Positions 36,301 to 45,000 of a stretch of 58,581 nt of DNA are shown here, in pieces. Location of the stretch: contig JAJHRL010000002.1 in the NCBI GenBank assembly GCA_020832825.1, positions 1-58,581 of the forward strand. Direction: 5' to 3'. Under the pieces are notes generated by a model that saw only the letters and a program-made list of their open reading frames with translations, was not told the origin of the DNA and made no database searches. Numbering within the stretch: the first letter of the stretch is position 1; every line of letters begins with the position of its first letter. The position numbers were made by a program, and so were the translations under genes. Source of the stretch: Candidatus Aenigmatarchaeota archaeon (GTDB lineage Archaea; Aenigmatarchaeota; Aenigmatarchaeia; CG10238-14; SpSt-28).

Positions 36301-36909
36301 CCTTCTCAAAAAACTATCCACATCATCAACAAAAACAACATCAATTTCTTGTTTATTTATTTCCTCTCTTTTCATTACGCTTAGGTGAGTTGTAATTATT
36401 ATATCTGCTATATTCATTTTTCCGAGTTCTTCTTTCTTCTCTTTATTTGAAAGCATCGAATGATAGCTTGCAATAACAACGTTAATTTTCAATTCTTCAG
36501 CAAATTTTTTCATTCTTTCTGAAACCTCACTTACTAATAAGCTTGTTGGTAAAATTACCAAGCATCTCTTTCTAAGAAACCTAGCTGCATAAAGACATAA
36601 AATTATTTGGATAGTTGTTTTGCCAGAGCCAGTAGGGGCAATTAAGGCAAAACTTTCATTTTCCAAAAACCTTCTAACCCAAAATCTCTGCAAAGCCCAC
36701 ATTTTTGCCTTTATCACTTTTTCAAAGAATCCATCTATTTCTTCAACTCTTTTGTTTCTTTTTTCAATTTCAAACAAAGGACCAAACTTAATTTTATCAT
36801 TTTCATTTGGCAAGCAAACTTCGCAGGGTAAGCCCTTAGCTAACCTTTCAGATGTAATATTGTTTCCACAGTTTGGACAAAGATTTTTGTATATTAGGTT
36901 TAATTCCAT
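33346..36909 (-). CDS. rgy: Reverse gyrase (single polypeptide, 1187 aa)
   Basis: N-terminal zinc finger CPNCG...CEVC. SF2 helicase motifs APTGSGKT and VDDVD. TOPRIM start LFIVESPTKVKTIARFFGKP. Topo IA active-site GLITYHRTSS. Internal Zn ribbon CVACG...CVCG. Confidence 0.95.
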   Translation of the reverse strand: MELNLIYKNLCPNCGNNITSERLAKGLPCEVCLPNENDKIKFGPLFEIEKRNKRVEEIDGFFEKVIKAKMWALQRFWVRRFLENESFALIAPTGSGKTTIQIILCLYAARFLRKRCLVILPTSLLVSEVSERMKKFAEELKINVVIASYHSMLSNKEKKEELGKMNIADIIITTHLSVMKREEINKQEIDVVFVDDVDSFLRRSKAIRYVLKMIKLPEKIKSLVEEVFEKKIEFKQAISEISKLREELKIESQLIVSGATQKAKRTKSVAILNSIFGFSIGLKPEFGRNIIDCFTVSKNVKEEVLNLVKKFGDGCLIFVPMDKGSEFAEDLEKFLIENGIKVKAFLKPDKKAFEDFKTGNLDALIGMVTTRSPLVRGIDLPARIRYAIFAGVPKFVVRIRIEEFHPTKWLMLLNNIQQAIKEEYRKDYEHLVANLIKIKTLRTEDLEEVRRALIENRMLEGFLEFVRKVALNGMEFFRKILKDENVLKAIRESPTISFSDKEGEYTFLIPDAVAYIQASGRTSRLYVGGVTRGLSIVIVDEEKAFNSLKKELTYFEDIEWKSIGEIDTKKVIEEIDEDRRKVLLAMEGKLKAEETKIALKTRLFIVESPTKVKTIARFFGKPSKKKYQDLEVNEVFGANSLLMIAASKGHITDLSLKEGLFGVEVKETFVPYFKPIKRCVACGREVEEEEEVCVCGSKKFVDAKPRIEALRKLASLVDEVVIGTDPDSEGEKIAFDLCLLLKPLNKSIKRARFHEVTKKEIQKVLENLEDFDLNLVKAQIVRRVEDRWIGFGISPVLWKVFKNNRLSAGRVQTPVLGWIVDRTRKLKEKEEQISLKLENGLELSFRANIGTYKKIVENGFVEIRDLKIYEEELNPYPPFTTDTLISSLTSALKIDANEAMQIAQKLFENGLITYHRTSSTTVSAVGINIAKEYISSTFGEEFFKGRKWEAEGAHECIRPTRAIDLQKLKNLIGLKMLRFPSPLTEKDFRAYDIIFRRFIASQMKATKVEKVKFKLVAANEEKEFEFINRIIDEGFTKILRIQEKNISGLKEGKVRFLEINKKIVPKFYPYSYSEIVSMMKEKGIGRPSTYAKILEILKRRNYVKEIKKSMLIATSLGTKVYQFSQQNFSRYLNEETTKRLEEEMDKIETGKKNFEEVLNGIYLEVKEIIKNSMQKGVKYPSLFDELI

Positions 36910-36939
36910 TTAAAGAATTTTGAAATTCGATATAAATTC

Positions 36940-37128
36940 CTACTTTTCAAGAACCCATTTTAACACTCTAATTGCTGTATTATACTCATCTATATTTTTT
37001 ATTTTGAAGTCTTCATCATACGGATACCAATGAAATTTTAGCTTTTCCAATTCTTCTAGCTTTTTCTTTATTTCACTTTCACTTTTCATAACAGAACCTA
37101 CCTTTTTGATAAATAAAATTTTAATCAA
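36940..37128 (-). CDS. Small hypothetical protein
   Basis: Only an ORF, with a plausible inner start (MKSESEIKKKLEELEKLKFHWYPYDEDF...). No recognisable motif. Confidence 0.3.
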   Translation of the reverse strand: MIKILFIKKVGSVMKSESEIKKKLEELEKLKFHWYPYDEDFKIKNIDEYNTAIRVLKWVLEK

Positions 37129-37177
37129 TAATAGGTTTACTCAGAATTTAAAATTAACATCGAGGAGCCTTATAGAA

Positions 37178-37825
37178 TTAGATATAGAATAAAGCTCTAA
37201 TCAAACCTTTTTCTTCTGCCAGCTTCCAAAGATCTCTTAATGCTTCCTTAACGACTTGCTTTTCTGTTTTTAGATGCTCGCAAAAAGCTAGAACGAACTT
37301 CCATTCATATCCTCTTTTTTCAACTTCTTCCTGCAAATAAATGTCTTCTAATCTCTTCCTCTTTGGTAATTTTATTCCTGATACAGCTTCTTTCCTTACC
37401 AAAGTGTTTGAAGTGAAGCCTCTTTGCTTTAACCTAAATTTAACTTTTATAAAAAGCAATAGCTTTCTCAAAAAGCTTATCGGTCCTTTTGGTAAGCCAA
37501 ATCCTTGAACAGCCCCAGCGTTCTCATTCTTATTTGCGATTAACGCATAAAACCATTTTTTGTTCACAACAATATCAGCATCTATAAAGAAAAACCATTT
37601 AGTTTTAACTCTTTTTATAAGCATCTCTCTAACTTCACCTAAACTTCTATTTGTTTGAAAAATTTCACATCCATACCTTTTGGCTATTTCTATAGTGTTG
37701 TCTGTGCTATAACCATCTGCAATTATTATTTTGTTAACCGGAATAACTTTTTTTATTGCTTTTAAACAAGCTTCTAAAGTTTTACCTGAGTTTAGAGTTG
37801 GAATACAAACGTCAAATTTTTCCAT
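37178..37825 (-). CDS. Glycosyltransferase family 2
   Basis: DVCIPTLNSGKTLEACL ... IIADGYSTDNT ... FIDADIV (DxD). Confidence 0.8.
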   Translation of the reverse strand: MEKFDVCIPTLNSGKTLEACLKAIKKVIPVNKIIIADGYSTDNTIEIAKRYGCEIFQTNRSLGEVREMLIKRVKTKWFFFIDADIVVNKKWFYALIANKNENAGAVQGFGLPKGPISFLRKLLLFIKVKFRLKQRGFTSNTLVRKEAVSGIKLPKRKRLEDIYLQEEVEKRGYEWKFVLAFCEHLKTEKQVVKEALRDLWKLAEEKGLIRALFYI

Positions 37826-37913
37826 ATGTTAATTAGCTGTATAGTTTTATATCTCCCTTTTTATGAACCTGCAGCTTAGTTTAAGTAGAAACCGAGTTTT
37901 TAAGAATATGATT

Positions 37914-39425
37914 TTATTCTATAAATTTCTCCAAAAAAGTTTTTAAGTTGCGAATAGTTTTCTTTAAGATAGGCGTTCTTTCCTCGAAAAATTCTAAAAC
38001 CTTTACATCCTCCTTCTTGTAAAACTTTAACAAAGCTAATGCAAAAAGATAAATAGCTACAGCAAAAAGTAGCAAGATTAAATCAATTAAAGTACCAAAA
38101 GTGATTTTTGTTGTTAAATAGAGGAAAGCAAAGGATATCAGAGAAGAGATTAAAATTTTCATGAAATCTTTTTTTGGTATTTCAACATTCAAGAATTTTT
38201 TGATGTAAAAGTAGCTAACGATTGAAAGAACCAAAATTGATATGAAATAAGAAATTGCCATACCTGAAGCTGAATATAGTTTTGTCAATGGATAGACAAG
38301 AACGAGAAAAGTAGCAACGGTTAACAAAACAATGTTTCTATTTAGCTTAGCTTTCCCAATTGCGTATAAATTTGAAAGAAAAACATTTCCAAGACCGTAA
38401 ATAACGGAAGCAATTGCTAGAATTGGAAATAGATTACTCGCTTCTAAATACTTTTCGCTTGAAAAGATTACTATAACTTGTTTCGAGAAGATAATCAAAA
38501 ACAAAGCTATTGGTAGTGAGAAGAAAAGTGAATACCTTACTACTAGCTCTATCAATCTTTCTTGATGTTTTTTTGTTTGATGATTTGCTGAAAGAAAAGA
38601 AATTATTGGTAGTAAGGCTGAGTTTAATGTGTTTGGCAGCGCAACTATGGGAATTGTTATTATTAAAGCCACAGTAAATATTCCTGTTGCTTTGGGGTTT
38701 TGGATTATTGAAAGTAAGGCGTATTGACCGCTAGAAAAAATATTCCAGGCCAATGTTGAAATGAAAGCAGGCAAGGCATATTCTAGTAGAATTTTCCTTT
38801 TATCTATTTTTATCTTTCCTCTACTTGGTCTTACTTTTAAGATTCTTGCTGCAAAAATTAAAAAGTAGCATATAATGAAACCAATTAATGGGCCAAGGTA
38901 TCTGAAGCCTAGAAAGATTAGTAGCGTTGCTACTAAAACTCTGCTTAAGTTTCCGAGAAGATCCGAGAAAAAGTAAAATTTCATGTTTTGGAAAGCGTAA
39001 ATTATGGTTCCAGAGATTGAAGAAAGGGTTAAAAAAAGCATTGTTAATGGAATCATTAGCACGGCATTTAACGGAATTTTTAACATGGAGGAAAAGAAAG
39101 AGCTTAAGGAAACAAGCAAGATTGATAAAATTATGTTTATTAGAAGGGGAAGTTGAAAAGAGAACCTTATTAATGATTTTATTTTTTCTCTCTCCCTTTC
39201 ACATTGATATTCCGGCAAAAGCTTCCAGATTGCTGCATTTAAACCAAATAAAGAGAGAGTGGAAAGAAAAGTTGCAAAATTTATGCTCGTTGAAACAATT
39301 CCATATTCTTCAGGTAACAGTGTTTTACCAGCTACGATCCAATAAAAAAAGCCTAGTATTGTTACTAAAAGCCAATCTAAAAATAAATATAACGAGTTTG
39401 AAACAAGTTTTTCCTCCAACGACAT
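37914..39425 (-). CDS. Polysaccharide/oligosaccharide flippase (Wzx-like, MOP superfamily)
   Basis: 503 aa with about 12-14 TM segments. Sits inside a glycosylation cluster. Confidence 0.7.
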   Translation of the reverse strand: MSLEEKLVSNSLYLFLDWLLVTILGFFYWIVAGKTLLPEEYGIVSTSINFATFLSTLSLFGLNAAIWKLLPEYQCEREREKIKSLIRFSFQLPLLINIILSILLVSLSSFFSSMLKIPLNAVLMIPLTMLFLTLSSISGTIIYAFQNMKFYFFSDLLGNLSRVLVATLLIFLGFRYLGPLIGFIICYFLIFAARILKVRPSRGKIKIDKRKILLEYALPAFISTLAWNIFSSGQYALLSIIQNPKATGIFTVALIITIPIVALPNTLNSALLPIISFLSANHQTKKHQERLIELVVRYSLFFSLPIALFLIIFSKQVIVIFSSEKYLEASNLFPILAIASVIYGLGNVFLSNLYAIGKAKLNRNIVLLTVATFLVLVYPLTKLYSASGMAISYFISILVLSIVSYFYIKKFLNVEIPKKDFMKILISSLISFAFLYLTTKITFGTLIDLILLLFAVAIYLFALALLKFYKKEDVKVLEFFEERTPILKKTIRNLKTFLEKFIE

Positions 39426-39500
39426 TATCTTTAATTTTTTCTCAGGATTAAAAACTGTTAATTGAAAAATTGCAATTAATAACTCGAGTTCGCTAGTTTT

Positions 39501-40520
39501 CTAAAGAATGCTCAAAAACGGAATTAAAGAAAAGACAGCTTGAATTATCATCATCACAAAAACAATTTGCTTTTCATTTAAGTTCCAAAGGTTTGTTATT
39601 AGGTGAATCCAAGAGTAAATTTGCTTACCATATTTTGGTTTAATTGTTCCATTTTTCTGCAAAATTCCTAAATCTGAGGCAAACCTTCCAAGCTTAAGTC
39701 TTGAATAAAACTTTAGAATTCCTTGAATGATAAATGGCATCATTGTTATCACTGCAGCTTTTTCCATATTCCCAACTATTGCGCCAGCAGCAACTACTGC
39801 TCCCAAAGTATAAGTCAAACTATCGCCTGAAAGAATTTTAGCTGGATAAAAATTGTATTTTGCTAATCCTAGCAAAGCACCAAAAGTTGTTAAGAAAATT
39901 ACTGAAGCTATTATACTTCCATGCAAATAAGCATAGATTCCAAGAGAAAAAGTGTAAATTAAGCCCATTCCTGCTTCCAAAAAGTTGTATCCGCCGAGAA
40001 GGTTCACCATGTTTGCCGCACCAACTACTCCAATTGGAACTATTAGCAACGGATACAAAATTCCAAAATCTACAGTTCCTATGAATGGTAAATTCATTGT
40101 AGTATCTCCTGCCATTATTGCCATCAGCGGAAAAGCAGCTGGTAAAGTAAGCAATGGTTTTTGCCATGTTTTTAGTCCTTGCTTTCCTTCTATATGACCA
40201 GCAACTTTAACTTGTCTAGAATTTAAATCGTCAAGGAAACCAGAGAACATTATTATAAGAATGCTTGTTATCGATGCAAAAAGATATACAAGTTGAGAGG
40301 ATTCCTGATGAATAAAAACATTTAAGAAAATATAAACCAACAAACCTGCCATCATTCCGGAGACAACCGGCACTCCAGCAGAATTTGGAATCAATGGTTT
40401 ATTTTTCTTATGAACGTCTGTTGTTGTGAGTCCAATGAATCTGAAGTATCTAATGGCAGATGGTGTGAGGAGAAAGGTTGCAAGAGCGGAAATGATTACA
40501 CATGCAAATATTTCTATCAT
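39501..40520 (-). CDS. Polyprenyl-phosphate HexNAc-1-phosphate transferase (GT4 family MraY/WecA/AglH-like)
   Basis: Polytopic, 339 aa. FSGFLDDL and NMVNLLGGYNFLEAGMG motifs typical of the GPT family. Confidence 0.8.
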   Translation of the reverse strand: MIEIFACVIISALATFLLTPSAIRYFRFIGLTTTDVHKKNKPLIPNSAGVPVVSGMMAGLLVYIFLNVFIHQESSQLVYLFASITSILIIMFSGFLDDLNSRQVKVAGHIEGKQGLKTWQKPLLTLPAAFPLMAIMAGDTTMNLPFIGTVDFGILYPLLIVPIGVVGAANMVNLLGGYNFLEAGMGLIYTFSLGIYAYLHGSIIASVIFLTTFGALLGLAKYNFYPAKILSGDSLTYTLGAVVAAGAIVGNMEKAAVITMMPFIIQGILKFYSRLKLGRFASDLGILQKNGTIKPKYGKQIYSWIHLITNLWNLNEKQIVFVMMIIQAVFSLIPFLSIL

Positions 40521-40666
40521 AGATTATCTATCTCAGATGTTTTTAAATGCGGAGTGTTTTATTGTGATAGTTTCTTCTAAATGCTTACAAAAGTCAAAGC
40601 TTCGCTGAAGATCTTAGAAGTATCTTAGTATCTTATAACTAGCTTATGGCAAAGTTTATATGTAAG

Positions 40667-40682
40667 TGTAATACGTATTACA
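40667..40682. repeat. Perfect 16-bp palindrome TGTAATACGTATTACA
   Basis: Read directly. Lies between the ATPase 3' end (40734) and the GPT start (40520). Confidence 0.6.
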
Positions 40683-40733
40683 TTTGCATAATAAATTTTA
40701 CTGTAGAGGCTGTTAGGTAAAACTATTCAATAT

Positions 40734-42044
40734 TCACAGTAGCAAGAGAAATACGCTAGTTGGAATGATTAAAACATTTTCGCTAAAGTCAAAATTGTTT
40801 CTTGATAGTAATATTTTGTTTTTTAATTCAACATTTGGAAAATCTCGAAAATCAACTTTTTCCTGCCATTTTACTTCTATTCCAAAATTCTTGAAAACAA
40901 TATCAACCTCTTTTTTGTTGTGATAAAAACCAATATGCTCTATTTTTCTACTTAACTCTTCTACTACTACTCCTTCTACAAGCTTACTTAAATCATCAAC
41001 TTTACTTTTACCAAAAACTTTCCTATTTATAACATGGAATAAAAATGGATCAACGAAATACACTTTTCTCATTTTTCTATAAACTATTCTCTCTTTGTAA
41101 GGATCAAAAGTGTAAAAATTTCTAATTACGAATAGATTTTCAAGAATTTCCAAATATTCTCTTGCCGTAACATGAGAACCTATTTCCATTTCTTTTGCAA
41201 TAGAAGACAAAGAAAACTTTGATGCATAATTTTTTAAAACTCCAGCCAAGATCGAAGAAGCAATTTTTTCACTTTTCTCAATTTTTGCTATGTCATGAAT
41301 TAACCATTTCCAATAAATTTCATAAGTCTCCTCTTTTATTCTTCCTTCTTCCATTAGCTCATAAAAAGCTCTTGGAAAACCTCCGCATTCCAAAAACTTG
41401 TAGAAAAGTTTATCTATTTCATCCTTAAGCAGAATTAGATTTTTAGCGGCATCAAAAATTTCTTTTGTGCTTTCAAACTTTACAGAAAAATTTAGTTTGC
41501 TTTTTAATTCATCGCTTCCAAAGATCTTGCAAAACTCTTTGAACGTTAAAGGAAGAAATTTTTTTATTTCAATGTCCCTTCCAGGAAAACTTTCTTTTCT
41601 TAAGTTCAAAGAAGAAGAGCCAGTTATGTAGATTACCTTATCTTTTGATAGATTTGAATCTAAAATATACTTTATTGCCCTTTCCCAATTTTCTACAAAC
41701 CCAACTTCATCAAGGAAAACATACTTTTCTCCTTCTACTAGAAAATCGAGCTTTCTTATAACATCAACTATATCTTCAAAATTTTTGAGAATCTCGCAAC
41801 TAAAATAAAAAACTCTTTTTTCTTCAACTTTTTTGTTCATCAGCAAATCATAAATAAGAAGTTTTAGGTAAGTTGTTTTACCAGTTTGTCTAGGTCCAAC
41901 TATTAGCTTGTTTTTGCTTTCTTCGAAAGAGTATAGAAGCTTGTGTTTTTTCTCTAATGCATTTTTCACTTTTTCGTCTTCGAGAATTTTATCTCTAGAA
42001 ATCCACCAAGGGTTTTGCTCTTTTAAAACCTCAACTTCTACCAT
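40734..42044 (-). CDS. AAA_14 + DUF4143-type ATPase with C-terminal PD-(D/E)XK-like motif (paralog 1)
   Basis: NPWW start, Walker A GPRQTGKTT, Walker B VFLDEV, C-terminal KEVDIVFKNFGIEVKW (D ... E-x-K). Confidence 0.8.
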   Translation of the reverse strand: MVEVEVLKEQNPWWISRDKILEDEKVKNALEKKHKLLYSFEESKNKLIVGPRQTGKTTYLKLLIYDLLMNKKVEEKRVFYFSCEILKNFEDIVDVIRKLDFLVEGEKYVFLDEVGFVENWERAIKYILDSNLSKDKVIYITGSSSLNLRKESFPGRDIEIKKFLPLTFKEFCKIFGSDELKSKLNFSVKFESTKEIFDAAKNLILLKDEIDKLFYKFLECGGFPRAFYELMEEGRIKEETYEIYWKWLIHDIAKIEKSEKIASSILAGVLKNYASKFSLSSIAKEMEIGSHVTAREYLEILENLFVIRNFYTFDPYKERIVYRKMRKVYFVDPFLFHVINRKVFGKSKVDDLSKLVEGVVVEELSRKIEHIGFYHNKKEVDIVFKNFGIEVKWQEKVDFRDFPNVELKNKILLSRNNFDFSENVLIIPTSVFLLLL

Positions 42045-42092
42045 TTTTGATATTTGAATATCAATTTTTAAGCATTTTTTGACATTTCACTG

Positions 42093-45000
42093 TCAATTTT
42101 TACTACTTTTAACTTTCTTTTTTGATATTTCTTTCTTCCAGTACTTTAATGTTCTGAGCAAAAGTAGGCTACCAACTCCTAGAGTTATTGAGAGAAGTAT
42201 AACAAGTATCAGAATGTAATTTGAAAGAGTAAGACCAAACAAGCCTGTTTGAGGACTTTTACTTTTGGAAGATTCCTTTGTTTTGTTGATGCTTTTTTCA
42301 CTCTTTGTTTCATTTTTGCTTGTAACATTTTTGCTAGTCTCATTTTCCGTTAGTGTTGCGTTTTGTTTAGAAGAAGGGTTTAAACTTGCATTCAATGTAT
42401 TGTTTAAAGAAGGTAAAGCAGCAAATCCTGTTATAGCTTCATTTTTTGTTGTTTGATTTTCTGATGGTTTATCCTCATTTGGCAAGCAAGGAGTTCCGCC
42501 ATAAGCATAGCTCTCAACCCAAATTCCATTCTTTAACTCTAAACTTTTTCCATTGTCATCAGCACCCCAGGAACCAGAATAATTAACCGAATCAATTATA
42601 TGTAATGAAGAATTTTTGATTGCTACGAATTCACCGATATTGCTCAAAGAAAATGATGATTGAAATATACTACAAGAAGCAGATGGATATTCTTCTTTGA
42701 ATTTTGTCGCATTGTTTGAAATTATGGCAAATTGATTCGGTTTCAGTATAATGCTTCCAAAGATTAGGGTTATTTTATGATTTGTGTTGCTTTCGAAAAA
42801 CTTCCAGCCAGTTAGATTGACTTCGCAATTTCCAGCATTAAACAATTCTATCCATTCTCTATCTTTATCGCTTCCCTTTGGATTGTACATTATCTCGTTT
42901 ATTATAACTTTTTGTTCTGTACAAGCTGTAGAATCTGAAGTATTTGAATTGCTATAATTTTCATTCTCATAAACAGTAAATGTTGTTTCCCTTGGACCAA
43001 CAGTTAATGGATCCCATTTTTCTAATACTACTCTAACCCTGTAAATTCCAGGAGCTTCTGGTTTGAATTCATAAATTTTTTCAAAAGTTGAATTTTCTAA
43101 ACTTTCGTTAAATGTGAAGTTGAAAGTATAAGTAGAATTTGAGATTTCGATATAGATTGTAGCGTTGTCAAAAACTTTGCTAAAGATTTTCAAGTTTATT
43201 GGAACTTTTTCTCCAAGTTTCACATCTTTCGCTTTAACATCAAAATCAAGAATGGAAGAATATTTTAAGCTTATTGTTATGTTTTTTATGATTGTAGCTG
43301 AGCTATTTTCTTCATCATAAGTTATAGTTGGAATGATAGCTTCGACTTCTTTTCTATTGTCAATTGTTTTGTTCACCCTAACTTTGTATTTTTTGCTTGT
43401 AGTTGATTTTGTTTTGTTTGTTTCTAGAGATGAATTTGAATGAGAAAGTAGTTTAACTTTTGGCAAGCTTATGTTTTCTATTTTCTCTTCATCAAAATTT
43501 ATTGTGATATTTTCCTCGCTAACTAAAACATTTTCTGGCAAATAATAAACAAACCTTTTTATTGGAGTTATTGGTTCATCTTCTTCAATTAGGTTTTCTC
43601 TAGATTCATATTCAAGCGTTCCATTTTTGAAAGTATAATTGAAAGGAATGAAAACTTTTAGCTCACAATTTTCCTTACAATCAAACAAGATTTTCTGATA
43701 TTCTAACTCAACCTTTCCTTCTTTCGGTAATGATGGATCTCCAAACAAGAAAAATTCTAGTAAAGATTTTTTCTTTATTCCTGGTTTTGTTATGTCAAAA
43801 GGATCCCAAGTGAACCAGTCTGAGCGAAAAGAATTTAGTGCATAAACTAAAGACTTACCAATTGTGTTTTCGCTTGAGAAAAATCTTGAGTCAATTTCTC
43901 CGCTAAAAGGAGCATAGTTTAAAGCCGAAGCTCCAATAAAACTTGCTGCTCCATTTTCTAAAAATTTATCTTTCATTTTTCCTAATGCCGAAAAATCTGA
44001 ATTATCCCAAACAATTCTTGCGTTTATCAAAGGAATGTCTTCTGGAATAAAAACTTTACTACCATTGTATTGATAGTTTGTGATTTGTTGAGTCCAGAAT
44101 TTGTACTCCAGTATATCTCCGCTTTCTTTAAAGTTATTTGGCAAAATCCATAAGCTTCCATTTCCCAAACCTTCATAGTAAATTATCGAAGCCTTTGGCA
44201 TCTCTTCGATTAAATTTTCTTTCGTTAATTCTGGCCAAGAATTTGGCCAAAGCATTCCAACAATTTTGATAATATCGTTCAATGTTACACTTTCATTCTT
44301 TGCTTCCTTTTGTGATAAGTAGTATAAAGCATCTTCATAATTTTCTCCAAAAGAGCTCCAGTCATATTCAAAATAAGTTTGCAGAGCTTCTCCAGCAATT
44401 TGAGAGCCTTTTAAGAAAAGCAAAATATTTGCTAAAACTGTTGATAAACTTTCAGAGACATACTTTTCTAAAACTTTCTTCAAGCCTTCATAAGTTAAAA
44501 TGAACTTTGTGATTTCACTAGTTTTTAATTGGCTTAGAAAAGCTTTGTGGTTTGTTCTTTGCTCTACTAATCTGCTAACATCATATCCTTTCTTTTCTAA
44601 AATTTCAGCAACATTTCGTGCGTTTAACATTCCTCCTCCGCCATAGACTAAAATCGAGAAGTAGTCATTGTACAAATATTCGCTTGCAACCAAAGCTTTT
44701 TTGCTAGTATCTAAATAGCCTCTTGAGAAAATTAGAGAAGATAAGTTTTCATCTTCTGGCAATCTTCCAACTGCAAAATCTAGATAAGTATCGTCGTTTA
44801 TGTCAGCATATGGAATGTCTGAAATGAATTTATCCCCATCTTCTTTATCTTCAGCTTGAATTATTCCTAAAAATTTTTGTTTTTCTACAGGATCTTCAAC
44901 TTCAAAACTTGGTAAACCAATTAAAAGCAAATAATTTCCTCTTAGAATGTTTTGTGAATTGTTAAAAAGAAAGCCAAAGGAATTCAACTTTGAAACTTTT

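Noticed and set aside
34358-36913. Several 88-120-aa plus-strand ORFs antisense to reverse gyrase; similar antisense ORFs occur at 2461-2827, 4426-4851, 5975-6232, 8324-8930, 22260-22916, 38927-39451 and 56045-56746
   Set aside because: They are Ser/Phe/Leu-rich low-complexity translations that mirror K/E-rich genes on the opposite strand. Each overlaps a confidently identified gene, and none has recognisable motifs.
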